Positions 1 through 10,179 of a DNA stretch of 64,000 bases are shown piece after piece (position 1 is the stretch's first letter; each line of letters begins with the position of its first letter). The translations under genes and the position numbers were made by a program. The notes below the pieces were generated by a model that worked only from the letters and a program-made list of their open reading frames with translations, was not told the DNA's origin and did not search any database. Source of the DNA: a virus (lineage: Duplodnaviria > Heunggongvirae > Uroviricota > Caudoviricetes); the IMG/VR virus record IMGVR_UViG_3300042549_006728; one strand, 5' to 3'.

Positions 1-1324
1 ATAGTGTCACTCTTAATTGAGTCTGTTCCACTTTAAGCATTTCTGCTTGTGTTGAAGGGTTATTCAACGTCAAAGTAAAGTTTTCTAACTCATCCTCCAA
101 CCCTAAAATATATAAATGTATGATAGCAATTTTATTTAACTCCTGTAACATTGATTGTTGTATCCTATTTATTGTTCTAGCAAATCTAATATCTTGTAGG
201 GCTAAGTTCTTTCCATCTCCATTAACCTCCTCAAAACCTAAAAATGGTTTAGGTACCCTCAATGCAGTAAATAATTTTTTCTGTAAGTATTGAATATCCG
301 CTATTTCAGATAAATTAGTTGCCCCTGCTAATGTCTCAATAGGACTAGGTGCGTTTACATCTCTAACAGGTATAAAATAATCCTGATCCTGTGCCATCTG
401 ATTGTATCTCGTATCTATTTGTCCTGTCTTTTGATCAATTACTGCACTCCTCTTAAAATTATTTGCGATTTTATTAACGTAAGCTGGTACATCCTGCTCA
501 TCGATGTTACCCACATATATTTTAAATATTCTTCTCTCTGGTGCTCTAGTTACTCTATAAATTAACATAGCGTCTTCAGATAATAATAATTGCTTCCAAA
601 TACGTCTTGCCTTTTCTAACATAGAAGTACCATAAGGTAATCTTCTATCATCACCTAATAACCTAAAATGTGCAACTTGCCACGCATTAAATTCAATATC
701 TCTCTGACCCCAAACAAATTTAACAGGATTAAATTTATCCGTATCCATATTCATAGAGTTTTCACCAAAACCTTCATTTTCTTTTCTTGCGATTTCAATA
801 TTTGGTAATTGTTTGACACCCATAATACCTTCTTCACTATCTATATTAAGAAATAGAAAATTATCCCCATATTTACAAGTATTTCTAGTCCACATAGGTA
901 AAGAAGTATGAATATCTAACCTATTGAAAAATAAATCTTCTAATATTCTTCTTACTCTTTTACTTTCAGAAAAAATAGTTACCATTTTATTTTCTGAATT
1001 TAATGTAGTTGATTCTTCCATCATAATATCTAAAGCTGCAGAAATCTCTGGAAAAAATTCCATACCCTCAAAATCCGCATAGGATGCCAATCTTGTAGTT
1101 TCATAATAGACTGAGTGTTGATAAATCTCATTATCAACCTTCTGCCACATATTAGAAAGGTAAGAATCTTGTTGTTTTTTTAACTTCTCAAAGTCGTATT
1201 CCTCCTTTGATTTTGTCCTCAATAATTCTTTATCGTTTATAGAATATCTTGATTTATTTTGTTCTCTTTTTACTTCTGGACCAAATAAATTACTTAATTG
1301 CTGAAATATTGTTTTTTTTGCCAT
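1..1324 (-). CDS. T4 gp20-like portal protein, 3' end truncated by the window edge
   Basis: Manual translation from ATG at 1324: MAKKTIFQQLSNLFG...YETTRLASYADFEGMEFFPEISAALDIMMEE...CKYGDNF...WQVAHFRLLGDDRRLPYGTSMLEKARRIWKQLLLSEDAMLIYRVTRAPERRIF. These are gp20-type portal motifs, and the gene is adjacent to the terminase. It is absent from the ORF track. Confidence 0.9.
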   Translation of the reverse strand, partial: MAKKTIFQQLSNLFGPEVKREQNKSRYSINDKELLRTKSKEEYDFEKLKKQQDSYLSNMWQKVDNEIYQHSVYYETTRLASYADFEGMEFFPEISAALDIMMEESTTLNSENKMVTIFSESKRVRRILEDLFFNRLDIHTSLPMWTRNTCKYGDNFLFLNIDSEEGIMGVKQLPNIEIARKENEGFGENSMNMDTDKFNPVKFVWGQRDIEFNAWQVAHFRLLGDDRRLPYGTSMLEKARRIWKQLLLSEDAMLIYRVTRAPERRIFKIYVGNIDEQDVPAYVNKIANNFKRSAVIDQKTGQIDTRYNQMAQDQDYFIPVRDVNAPSPIETLAGATNLSEIADIQYLQKKLFTALRVPKPFLGFEEVNGDGKNLALQDIRFARTINRIQQSMLQELNKIAIIHLYILGLEDELENFTLTLNNPSTQAEMLKVEQTQLRVTL

Positions 1325-1378
1325 TATACTGTTATCTTTATTACTATTATAATAAATATCTTAAAAAATTAAATGTTA

Positions 1379-3166
1379 TCACAACCCAAATATCCAATTA
1401 AATTCACCACTGTCATTAGATTCATTATTTTGTTTTGGGTGATATGTAGGTGTATTGGTATAAAATGGGTTAACATAACCGTCATTCATCAAAGTATTAG
1501 TGGGTTTATTAGATACTGCAACCCAACTCTCTAACATCGCCTTAGTTTGTTTTTCAACTTGTTCTAATTTTTTAAATGAAGTCTGAACTACAAAAATACA
1601 CATAGCGAATGCCATAATAATATCATCGTGATAACTATCCATATGATCTGGTCTACCATTTCTATAAACAAATGTCCTTAGTTCGGAAATCATTCTTTGT
1701 GATCGTATAATGGTTTTATTTTCCCTTACGTGTTCTTCCAATTCTGATACCATCTGTAACCTACTATTACCGACATTAAATCCTGGTATTTTTTCACCTT
1801 CTTTAAACTTTATCTTAGAATATTTTTCAGTTAATTTTCTACTTTTTGGATCATCATAATGTAAAAATTTATAATCCATTTCTATTAGTTTTAAAACTGT
1901 TGCAACCCCCATACCACCAGTTATATCTATAATAGTATAAGCGTTATACATATTACCATATTTATAAACTATTTCTGCCAATAAATCAGGTGGTAGTTTA
2001 TATTGGAATTCAGCAACTTGTTCTAAATTGTTGAAGTCTAGTATTACTATTGTAGAACTATCTTTACCATCTCCCCTACTAACGTCCACACCCATAATAT
2101 ATTTATGTCCGACTTCAGGTTTTTTCCATATCCACATAACCTTTTCTAGTTCTGCGACAAACTCTGGATCTCTAACATTATTTTCCTCATGAAAAGTAAT
2201 AAATTCATCTTCTACGACATTACCCCCTGATCCAATAAATGAAACGTCAAGTTCTTGTGCAATTTTTTTGGCATCCCCCATATCTGCCGACATCTCATCA
2301 TACCAAGGGGATAAAGGTTTCCACCCATCTTTTACCATAACTTCATAGTATTCTATGGTTGACTCATCTGTTTCATAAATATTTTCTAAATATTCCCATC
2401 TTAACCTAGTCCTATCTAATGTATTACATTCTATTCTTTCGTCTTCACCCCTTCTCCAATATAGTCCTCTATTGTATCTTACGTCTTGATACCATTTCAT
2501 CTCAACAATATTAAAATTATTGTCTTTTTTCTTTGCCCCATCATAAGTTTTATAATATAATGGATCCATACCGTTTGGTGTGGAAATTAATGATATTTTA
2601 CCACCTGTACCTAATGAAGCCAAAGCGGCACCAAAAACCTCTGAACCATTATCAATAAATGCTGCCTCATCCATAACTAAAAAGGTTGGTGTAAAACCCC
2701 TTAACGCATCCTTAGATGTCGCAACTGCCCTGATTTCACAACCATTAGACTTTAGTTTTAAATGTCCTTTTGAATTAATCTCTAAATAATCTTGTCCTTC
2801 TTCTAACCCCCAAACCCAATAAGGTATCTGATCTAAAAATTCTTTAATTTTTTTAAGAAATTCTTGTGCTAATGTTTGTTTATTGGCCAATATTAAGACT
2901 TTGTGGGGATTATCGGGATCACCAAATGCAGATTTAACTGCAATATATGCTGCAGTAGTAGTTGATACTCCTGCCTGTCGAGGTTTGGTTACTAAATTAC
3001 GGTTATACTTTTCATATGATTTAATTATTTCTTTTTGTTTATAAAATAATTTAAATGGTACATTACCACTTTGGGTTAAATCAAACGTCTTTAAAAAAGT
3101 TTCTATTGCGTAAATTGGATCACCTAAACTACGAGCATATACTTTTAATTGTTCTGCTCTTTCCAT
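1379..3166 (-). CDS. terL: Terminase large subunit (T4 gp17-like)
   Basis: Walker A-like KPRQAGVST, Walker B LVMDEAAF, coupling motif ISTPNG, nuclease MGVDVSRGDGKD and C-terminal HDDIIMA. Confidence 0.95.
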   Translation of the reverse strand: MERAEQLKVYARSLGDPIYAIETFLKTFDLTQSGNVPFKLFYKQKEIIKSYEKYNRNLVTKPRQAGVSTTTAAYIAVKSAFGDPDNPHKVLILANKQTLAQEFLKKIKEFLDQIPYWVWGLEEGQDYLEINSKGHLKLKSNGCEIRAVATSKDALRGFTPTFLVMDEAAFIDNGSEVFGAALASLGTGGKISLISTPNGMDPLYYKTYDGAKKKDNNFNIVEMKWYQDVRYNRGLYWRRGEDERIECNTLDRTRLRWEYLENIYETDESTIEYYEVMVKDGWKPLSPWYDEMSADMGDAKKIAQELDVSFIGSGGNVVEDEFITFHEENNVRDPEFVAELEKVMWIWKKPEVGHKYIMGVDVSRGDGKDSSTIVILDFNNLEQVAEFQYKLPPDLLAEIVYKYGNMYNAYTIIDITGGMGVATVLKLIEMDYKFLHYDDPKSRKLTEKYSKIKFKEGEKIPGFNVGNSRLQMVSELEEHVRENKTIIRSQRMISELRTFVYRNGRPDHMDSYHDDIIMAFAMCIFVVQTSFKKLEQVEKQTKAMLESWVAVSNKPTNTLMNDGYVNPFYTNTPTYHPKQNNESNDSGEFNWIFGL

Positions 3167-3179
3167 AACATTTTATTAT

Positions 3180-3187
3180 ATAAATAT
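3180..3187 (-). promoter_or_regulatory. Putative phage late promoter ATATTTAT, representative copy upstream of the terminase
   Basis: The same sense-strand motif lies shortly upstream of starts at 1352, 5096, 10153, 10991, 21433, 22330, 24268, 27583, 29113, 29840, 32535, 34878, 36065, 38807, 40491, 43887, 47214, 51176, 52846, 54165 and 62146 (-), and at 15013, 25078 and 47263 (+). Confidence 0.7.
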
Positions 3188-3196
3188 GGTTATCCC

Positions 3197-4048
3197 TTAA
3201 AAAGTAACTAAATTACCTTTTTCCCATTCTTCATAATTCGGTCCAATACTATAGGTGGTGATTTTACCTGAACCTATTTTTTCTATAATACCTGACTTAT
3301 TTAATGCACTCCAAAATGTAGCATGTTGTCCACCACCTAAAGGTGAACCAATATATCTTAAAAAACCTGTTTTTGTTTTTATTTTTTCTGATGGATCTTT
3401 TAAGTAATTAATTACATCTCTAACCATAGAATTTTCTCTCCTATTAAAAGTGAATCCTTTCTCTTTTGGTATCAACAATAAATTATTCTCTTCCGCATAT
3501 TTTTTAATGACATTAAATAACCTTTCTTTATATCTTTTACCTAATTTATCAGTTATGATTGATAATTGTCTTATCGCCTCTTTTGGTGGGTACTCATTAA
3601 ACATTAATTTTGCTACATCATTAACTGAAACGTCAATAAATTCATCTAGTAAATTATTTTCATACCAGTAGGGTAGTTTCAATTTTAAATTTAATAATTT
3701 ATAAAAATTATTTATAACATCCTTCCTATTTTTAAATAATGAAATAGAGTGTCTGTCAACAACATAGTCAAAAATAGTTATTATATTATTTTTATCCTTA
3801 TAATATGAATTAATAAAATACCCAGATAATATTTTTCCTAAAAAAATATCATATAATTCATCATCAACCTCTATCGCAGATAGTGAATCATTATGATTAT
3901 AATCAAATGCACTAAAGTAATATTCAAAAAAATGATCTGGCTTAACAAACCTTCCCCTTTTTACTAATTGTTTGAATCCATCAATTCCATCTTCATTATT
4001 CTCAGATAATAGTTTTCTATATTGATTTTCGGTTATAATTATTTTCAT
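3197..4048 (-). CDS. Hypothetical protein with MKIIITENQYRKLLSE leader
   Basis: 283 aa ORF with the shared leader motif. Confidence 0.75.
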   Translation of the reverse strand: MKIIITENQYRKLLSENNEDGIDGFKQLVKRGRFVKPDHFFEYYFSAFDYNHNDSLSAIEVDDELYDIFLGKILSGYFINSYYKDKNNIITIFDYVVDRHSISLFKNRKDVINNFYKLLNLKLKLPYWYENNLLDEFIDVSVNDVAKLMFNEYPPKEAIRQLSIITDKLGKRYKERLFNVIKKYAEENNLLLIPKEKGFTFNRRENSMVRDVINYLKDPSEKIKTKTGFLRYIGSPLGGGQHATFWSALNKSGIIEKIGSGKITTYSIGPNYEEWEKGNLVTF

Positions 4049-4051
4049 ACA

Positions 4052-5089
4052 TCAAATATTATCTCTAACATTTTCATTAAAATCTGAAGCAACTAATCTA
4101 CTATCAGGATAAAAATAATCCATGTCTGGACTCTTTAATTCATCACCTTCACAAGTTAAAGTTTCACAAACAACAGTTAAGAAATAATTATGCTCATTAC
4201 CAGGCATTTTACCTTCACATTTTAAAAATCTAACTAACATATCATAAAATACTGTAGTCACATCTAAATAAAGTTTATTATCTTCCCAGTAAGGTTTATT
4301 TCCAAAAAAACCTTCTATTTCTGAACCTAATTTATTAAAAATTTCTGATTCACCAGCACTTTCATATGCCCATCTGTATACGTTTTCTAACTCAATTCTT
4401 AACTCAAAAAACAAATCATCCTCTCCGATTAATTCCAATAATGTATCTATATCATTAACCATTTCCTCAGTTAATACTGCATCATCACCCTCAAATGATA
4501 TGTTATATTGATTATCGGAGATAGGTTCTCCAATAAGACCCTTTTCTTTTACGTATTCTTGTAAACGGTTTTTTGATTTATCGTCTAAATTATCTATGAT
4601 GTCATTTTCAAAATCCACATCAAACCAACCATACAAATCTGAGTGATCTTGTTGTAATACTCTTTGCGCAACGCCACTTACATCAAATAAACAACTAAAC
4701 TCCTCCCAATCGTCTAATTTCAATAAAAACCTTTCACCATCACCAACTTCAGTTATGTCCCTAAAATCTCTAGGAAATGATGTTTTATCCTTCAGATATT
4801 TATCTAACCAACCACTATTTGACAAAATACTCACTGAATCGTCACCATAAAATTGATAACTAACATCATCAAAGTCCGTCATCTTTAATGGATCCACCCC
4901 GATATGTATAAAATATTCAAATAATATAGTATAAGATTCTAATTTAGTTAAATTTAAATTTTCTTCTAAATCTTCAATAACTTCTTCAACGTTATCATCA
5001 AAAGTCGATAGAGAATGTTCTATGTACCTAAAAAGTCTTTTGGGTTGTTCCACACTTTCTTTTAGTATTTTTCTTATAATATTTTTCAT
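4052..5089 (-). CDS. Acidic hypothetical protein with MKNIIRKILKE leader; possible paralogue of 27603..28532
   Basis: 345 aa ORF; ATATTTAT motif at 5096-5103; composition and C-terminal FNE motif resemble 27603..28532. Confidence 0.75.
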   Translation of the reverse strand: MKNIIRKILKESVEQPKRLFRYIEHSLSTFDDNVEEVIEDLEENLNLTKLESYTILFEYFIHIGVDPLKMTDFDDVSYQFYGDDSVSILSNSGWLDKYLKDKTSFPRDFRDITEVGDGERFLLKLDDWEEFSCLFDVSGVAQRVLQQDHSDLYGWFDVDFENDIIDNLDDKSKNRLQEYVKEKGLIGEPISDNQYNISFEGDDAVLTEEMVNDIDTLLELIGEDDLFFELRIELENVYRWAYESAGESEIFNKLGSEIEGFFGNKPYWEDNKLYLDVTTVFYDMLVRFLKCEGKMPGNEHNYFLTVVCETLTCEGDELKSPDMDYFYPDSRLVASDFNENVRDNI

Positions 5090-5159
5090 ATATTAATAAA
5101 TATTAACGGATAAAAAAAAATCCCACATAGGTGGGATCAATTTTGTTTTTATATATTTC

Positions 5160-6581
5160 TTACATATATTTATGTAATTTTTCCACAAGGTCAAAATCAC
5201 CTGAATCTAATGCGTCATTAATTAATTCTTCGATATCTCTTTTACTCATTTTAGAATAGTCAACCTCAGAAGGTTCTTCTTCAGTTTCGGGTTCTTCACC
5301 TAAATTATCTAAAATGTCACCCATATCATTATAACCTGTATCACTAAACATATCACTTAAACTATCCCCACTATCTTCTTTATGTAATTCTTTTAATGTG
5401 TCAACAACCTCTTTACATTTTTGACTTCCACTTAAAATTTCTTTCATAAATTCGTGAAATTGTTTTGCGGGTAATTTAGTTAACTCTCTGAATAACCATT
5501 GTTTTATATCATAATTTTCTGTACCAATACAGTCTAAGAATTTTTCCCACATACCTGGACCTAATCTCATTCCCCATACTTCACCTTCATCTGTATCTGC
5601 CTTTGCAATAACTTCTTTTTGTTCCTCAAAATCTAAATGATCGTCTGCCCAATTTATGGCTGCCAATTCCAACGCCCCCTTAATTAATTCATGTACTAAT
5701 AGTGGGAAAATCCAAGCCTTAGCGACTACCACTGGCATATCATCACCTTCTTCTAAATTGATGTCTTCCATGTCTTCCTCTTCATCTTTATTTTCTGGTT
5801 TCTCAGCCTTTCTCCATTCTATCTTTTCTACACCACCAACTTGACCTGTCATCATAGTATCAGGAATTACCCAATATTGGAAATCTGCTAATGACATTAA
5901 TTTACCATATAACCCCATCAATCTTGGATCAATTGCATCTAATTCGTCTGCCACCATATGAAATATATAGTGTCCTTTTTTAGCTGCTCCCTGCATCAAT
6001 GAATTAATAACCCTTCTTTTATCTACCTCTATTTCTAACTCTTCCATTCTCTCCGCACTTTTAGGTTGTTTAGGTACCTCAAATTGAGGTGAGTCATCTT
6101 CTTCTTCATCATCTTCTTCATCAGGTTCATTACTTAATGGTGATCCTGGAGGAGTTAAAGTTGCTTCTAACATTTGTTCAGGTAAATCAAATTCTTCTGA
6201 AACAATATCTACCGCCAATCTTTCTAATGCTTCTTTATGTCTAGTCTCAATCTGACTAATTTCACCCATTATCTGAAACATCATTTGCATCATATTAGGT
6301 GTTATATTTCTAACACCATGATATCTTTTAACTTTGTTAATGATTTCTTTAAATCTTTGTCCAGCCAATTTCTCAGAATAATTTTGCATATCTGAACCTA
6401 CAGGTAATGATTTACTCTTACCGAAAAGGTGTTCACCACTTCTAAGTTTACCTTCTAACCCTGGATGCATTCTTTCTGGATGTTCAGGATCATATTCTAC
6501 TGCCTCAGTTATTCTTTTAATTCTAACTTTTTCAGAAAGAACTCTTTTAGTTACTTCGTTAATTATATTTTTTCTTCTCAT
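5160..6581 (-). CDS. Phage hypothetical protein, possibly head-associated
   Basis: 473 aa ORF with acidic linkers, in the operon upstream of the terminase; terminator-like hairpin at about 5120-5137. Confidence 0.7.
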   Translation of the reverse strand: MRRKNIINEVTKRVLSEKVRIKRITEAVEYDPEHPERMHPGLEGKLRSGEHLFGKSKSLPVGSDMQNYSEKLAGQRFKEIINKVKRYHGVRNITPNMMQMMFQIMGEISQIETRHKEALERLAVDIVSEEFDLPEQMLEATLTPPGSPLSNEPDEEDDEEEDDSPQFEVPKQPKSAERMEELEIEVDKRRVINSLMQGAAKKGHYIFHMVADELDAIDPRLMGLYGKLMSLADFQYWVIPDTMMTGQVGGVEKIEWRKAEKPENKDEEEDMEDINLEEGDDMPVVVAKAWIFPLLVHELIKGALELAAINWADDHLDFEEQKEVIAKADTDEGEVWGMRLGPGMWEKFLDCIGTENYDIKQWLFRELTKLPAKQFHEFMKEILSGSQKCKEVVDTLKELHKEDSGDSLSDMFSDTGYNDMGDILDNLGEEPETEEEPSEVDYSKMSKRDIEELINDALDSGDFDLVEKLHKYM

Positions 6582-6592
6582 AATATTTATTT

Positions 6593-7267
6593 TTATCTAT
6601 TTCCGTATAATGCCGTTGTCCACATTTTAAAACATTCTTTAGCCAAAGATTCGAAAACTCTCTGAACTTTTGATAAATCAGGATCTTCTTCACCTCTGTT
6701 TTCTAATCTTGTCATTGCCCCCCTAATTAAAATATCTCTTATATTGTTTTTGTTATCTAATAAATACTTAATAGGTTCTAATTGACTTCTTAATAATTCT
6801 ATATCAGAATCATTTTCACCTTCTTCGTTATCGTACTCTAACTCTTCTATTTCAGATTCCATAGATTCAACATCTTTACCCATACCATATAACCATCTAT
6901 GTAAGTCATCCTTTGTCCAATTTAGTATTGGAGACGAACCAAACATATTAATAACACCACTTTGTCTTAACTGTTCGAAGAATCTAAATATTTCTCTTTT
7001 ATCTACTGATGGTATTTCAGTTACAATAAAAACTTCACCATTTTCTTTTAAAGAAATTTTAGTGTTAATGTATTCTACTAAGTCCTTTTTTTTCATTTTA
7101 GGTTTTACAATTTCATTCTTCTTTTTAGATTGTTTAACGTCTTTACACATTTCAGTAGCGTCCTTTTTAGATATTTCTCTTTCAGATTTAGGTCCATCCA
7201 TTTGATAACATGCCCATTTTCTTTGTTTTTCAGTATAAACTTCGTTAATAATATCTATTTTTTTCAT
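6593..7267 (-). CDS. Hypothetical protein
   Basis: 224 aa ORF in a tightly packed minus-strand operon; contains LRQSGVINMFG. Confidence 0.7.
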   Translation of the reverse strand: MKKIDIINEVYTEKQRKWACYQMDGPKSEREISKKDATEMCKDVKQSKKKNEIVKPKMKKKDLVEYINTKISLKENGEVFIVTEIPSVDKREIFRFFEQLRQSGVINMFGSSPILNWTKDDLHRWLYGMGKDVESMESEIEELEYDNEEGENDSDIELLRSQLEPIKYLLDNKNNIRDILIRGAMTRLENRGEEDPDLSKVQRVFESLAKECFKMWTTALYGNR

Positions 7268-7554
7268 TAAATATCTTTTTTAAATCTTTTACCTCTGGTT
7301 AATTTACGGAACCCACCTCTTTTACTATTTTTGGGTTCTATATCGACATCTTCTTCATTAACAGTTACAGAACGTATTTTACCAACTTTATCTTTAACAC
7401 CATAAGAACCCTTTTCTAATTTATCAAAAGAACTATTAAATTCATCTTGATCATAAACAGTCATTTGTTCTGCCTCATCAACAAATCTTTCCATTAGTTT
7501 ACGTCTTACCGCTCTTTTAATTTCTGATTCGTAAATTTTAATTTTATTTCCCAT
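7267..7554 (-). CDS. Hypothetical protein with leader-like N-terminus (KIKIYESEIKRAVRRKLME)
   Basis: 95 aa; stop/start overlap with the downstream gene. Confidence 0.65.
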   Translation of the reverse strand: MGNKIKIYESEIKRAVRRKLMERFVDEAEQMTVYDQDEFNSSFDKLEKGSYGVKDKVGKIRSVTVNEEDVDIEPKNSKRGGFRKLTRGKRFKKDI

Positions 7555-7565
7555 ATCTATTTCTT

Positions 7566-7964
7566 TTATGTATTAATTATTTCTTTATCATATCTAATAA
7601 CTAAATCTTTTTCGTAAAGTTTATCCTCAACAGAATTGAATTCTTCACCAAAAGTAAAGAATAATCTTTTTTCAGGATATTCATCATAATTTTCCATATT
7701 CTCCCAACCCAATGCGATAATGCCGTCAACTGCGTCCCACATAGCGAAAGAATCTGATTCCTGTACTAAATCTAATTTTAAAGTAGTAGTTAATGATCCA
7801 GATTTTTTAATAAATTTATTTTCTGGTGGTTCAGGATTTCCTGATGAAGGATACGAATCCCAACCATCACCATCAATATCGGTTAAAATATCAGAAAAGA
7901 GGAACTCATAAATGTAGTTCCCCTTCCAGTTTTGTCCAATTTTATTAATATATACTAAATACAT
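7566..7964 (-). CDS. Hypothetical phage protein
   Basis: 132 aa; stop/start overlap with the upstream gene. Confidence 0.7.
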   Translation of the reverse strand: MYLVYINKIGQNWKGNYIYEFLFSDILTDIDGDGWDSYPSSGNPEPPENKFIKKSGSLTTTLKLDLVQESDSFAMWDAVDGIIALGWENMENYDEYPEKRLFFTFGEEFNSVEDKLYEKDLVIRYDKEIINT

Positions 7965-9796
7965 TATCTAAACATTCCTCTTCTTCTAAATGAAGGTTTT
8001 GCCATTTCGTCTCCCATCGCCTTAGGTCTAGGATCAACTTGTGGTCTTTTTATTTTTTTCCATTTGTCACCTTCACCTGGTTTAGTGATTGGTTCCTTAA
8101 TTCCTGGTTCTTTAACTGGTGCGTTACCTAATGCTTTAGGTCTAGGATCAACTTGTGGTCTTTTAACAGTTTCCCAAGGTTTCTTTTCTTTAGGTCTAGT
8201 TATCGGTCTGTCAATTCCAGGTTCTTTAACTGGTGAACCACTTCTTAAAAAATCGATATCTAATTCGATAAAGTCATCGTTACCTCTTTGATTGCCGTAT
8301 CTATTAGAATTATCTGAAAAGTCTAATCTACCATCTGAATTATTATCCATATCTAAACGATTAGGAATTCTATCAAAATCTCTATCTAAATCACCTGTTG
8401 GTAAATATCCTTGTCCTGTCTGAACTGCGTCCATCATAGTCATATCGTCTTCACCCATTATACCTCTTCTTCTATCTCTTCTTCCCTCAGTTTTTTTACC
8501 ACTTCTTAATGCTTCAAAATCCGCAGAAGTTATCTTACCGTAAGGTTTTGCCTTATCTATCTTCTTTCTACCATCAGTAAATCTTTCTTCATCTACCATA
8601 TAGTTACTTCTATCGTAATTATCATCAGAACAATTACCACAACCTGCACCCATACAATTTTCACAAATTTGTCTATTTTCTCTTAAAACTTTTTTAAGTG
8701 ACTTTTTAGTTGCGTCCGTTAGAAAAGATTCCATAATTCTTTTTTTAGAGAAAACTCTACTTTCATTCTTAGTTTCTTTTGGTTTGTAAACTAATTTATG
8801 TCCTGAACAATTACATTCGCCATTTTTCAGTAACATTGCAATCATATCAGGTGTAATCTCTAAAGGTTTTTTAGATTTAGTCACTTCTTCTGATAATTCT
8901 TCTCCTTCTGGACTTGCCTCCGTTTCAGCAGGTTCTTCTGTTTCTGGACTTACTTCTGTTTCATCAGGTACTTCTTCACCCTCTTCACCTTCTTCAGTCT
9001 CTTCTTCACCTTCTATTTTTGAAATGATGTCTTCTTTATCATTTTCATCCATTTCATCTAAATGTAATGCAGAAATAATTGAGTTAATAACGTATTTCTC
9101 CAATTCAGGATCAACTTCCTCTTTATCTCTTAACATTTGACCTATCTTACCAGTTAATTTCTGTATTTTTTTTGTGATATCATCACCACCTTCAGATTCT
9201 TCATCTTCAGATTCCTCATCCTCATCACCAAAATCCACATCGGCAATATCTCCACCCATATCAACTTCAGGATCTTCGTTCTCAACCTCATCCTCAACAG
9301 GAGTCTCAGGTGATTCACTTTTAGGTGCATCAACCTTAATAACTTTTTTTTCCTCATCAGAAATGATTTCTTCTTTTTCATCCTCTAATACGAAACCAAA
9401 TCCAGCACCACCTGCAATTGCATTACCATCTGACTCAAATATGTTAGTATTTCTCTTAATACCATAAGATTCATTTAACATATCAAATTTAAGGTTAAGT
9501 TGTTTTAATGCCTCAGAGTATGAGTGATATCTCTCATCGTATTTATTTTGAAGTCCGCCAATATAACTAAAATTCTCAGCTAAAAATTTACCTGATTGTT
9601 TATTAGATGTTTTAATGAAGTAATCATGATTTTCTCTAATTATACCATATACTATCCCATTTGGACCTCTTTTTATTAATTCTAATTCAGAAAATGATTT
9701 ACTTTCATTTAAAGTATTCATTTTACCCATAAGGTCTAACATTCTATTTAGTTTGTCTTGACCTTTTAATGTTTTTGGATTTACGTATTTTCCCAT
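7964..9796 (-). CDS. Large acidic, low-complexity protein (possible prohead core/scaffold-like)
   Basis: 610 aa with E/D-rich tracts, several (L/M/I)-x-E-S sites, Cys clusters, a DxDxD-rich segment and a C-terminal 38 aa tandem repeat. Function is inferred only. Confidence 0.6.
   Translation of the reverse strand: MGKYVNPKTLKGQDKLNRMLDLMGKMNTLNESKSFSELELIKRGPNGIVYGIIRENHDYFIKTSNKQSGKFLAENFSYIGGLQNKYDERYHSYSEALKQLNLKFDMLNESYGIKRNTNIFESDGNAIAGGAGFGFVLEDEKEEIISDEEKKVIKVDAPKSESPETPVEDEVENEDPEVDMGGDIADVDFGDEDEESEDEESEGGDDITKKIQKLTGKIGQMLRDKEEVDPELEKYVINSIISALHLDEMDENDKEDIISKIEGEEETEEGEEGEEVPDETEVSPETEEPAETEASPEGEELSEEVTKSKKPLEITPDMIAMLLKNGECNCSGHKLVYKPKETKNESRVFSKKRIMESFLTDATKKSLKKVLRENRQICENCMGAGCGNCSDDNYDRSNYMVDEERFTDGRKKIDKAKPYGKITSADFEALRSGKKTEGRRDRRRGIMGEDDMTMMDAVQTGQGYLPTGDLDRDFDRIPNRLDMDNNSDGRLDFSDNSNRYGNQRGNDDFIELDIDFLRSGSPVKEPGIDRPITRPKEKKPWETVKRPQVDPRPKALGNAPVKEPGIKEPITKPGEGDKWKKIKRPQVDPRPKAMGDEMAKPSFRRRGMFR
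8021..8235. repeat. Two-copy tandem repeat with 114 bp period, encoding PVKEPGI..PIT.P...W...KRPQVDPRPKA
   Basis: ttaggtctaggatcaacttgtggtctttt at about 8022 and 8136; aattccwggttctttaactggtg at about 8099 and 8213. Confidence 0.85.
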
Positions 9797-9814
9797 TTTA
9801 TTTTTTTATTTATT

Positions 9815-10138
9815 TTATCCGTTAGTTGGTAAACCTGTTATTATGTTTACAAATTGATATTGTTCTGCACCACCAGTTGCGGTTATTAATCCAGTCGGGA
9901 ATACCCCTTGCGGTTTTAAATTACCTAAAAGTAAAAAACCAGAATTTAATGTTGTTGATGGAGGTGGTTGTATAATATTATCTAATGTTTTACCTGCAAC
10001 ACCCGTTACTGATGCGTTATTGATTGTATAAGAACCATTACTATTAAAGTATACGGCACTATAAACATATTTGTCGAAGTCTGCAGTAGTATTCGTATGA
10101 ATTACGGAATATGTTCCAGTTAAATAAGTTGTTCCCAT
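9815..10138 (-). CDS. Small T/G-rich beta-type protein, possibly a virion component
   Basis: 107 aa; first gene after the ATATTTAT motif at 10153-10160. Confidence 0.6.
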   Translation of the reverse strand: MGTTYLTGTYSVIHTNTTADFDKYVYSAVYFNSNGSYTINNASVTGVAGKTLDNIIQPPPSTTLNSGFLLLGNLKPQGVFPTGLITATGGAEQYQFVNIITGLPTNG

Positions 10139-10179
10139 ATTATTATTTATAAATAAATATTACGTTTTTAGTAAAAAAA

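Noticed and set aside
3180-3187. Canonical T4 late promoter TATAAATA
   Set aside because: The match is on the antisense strand relative to the downstream genes. The sense motif is ATATTTAT, so it is reported as a distinct motif.
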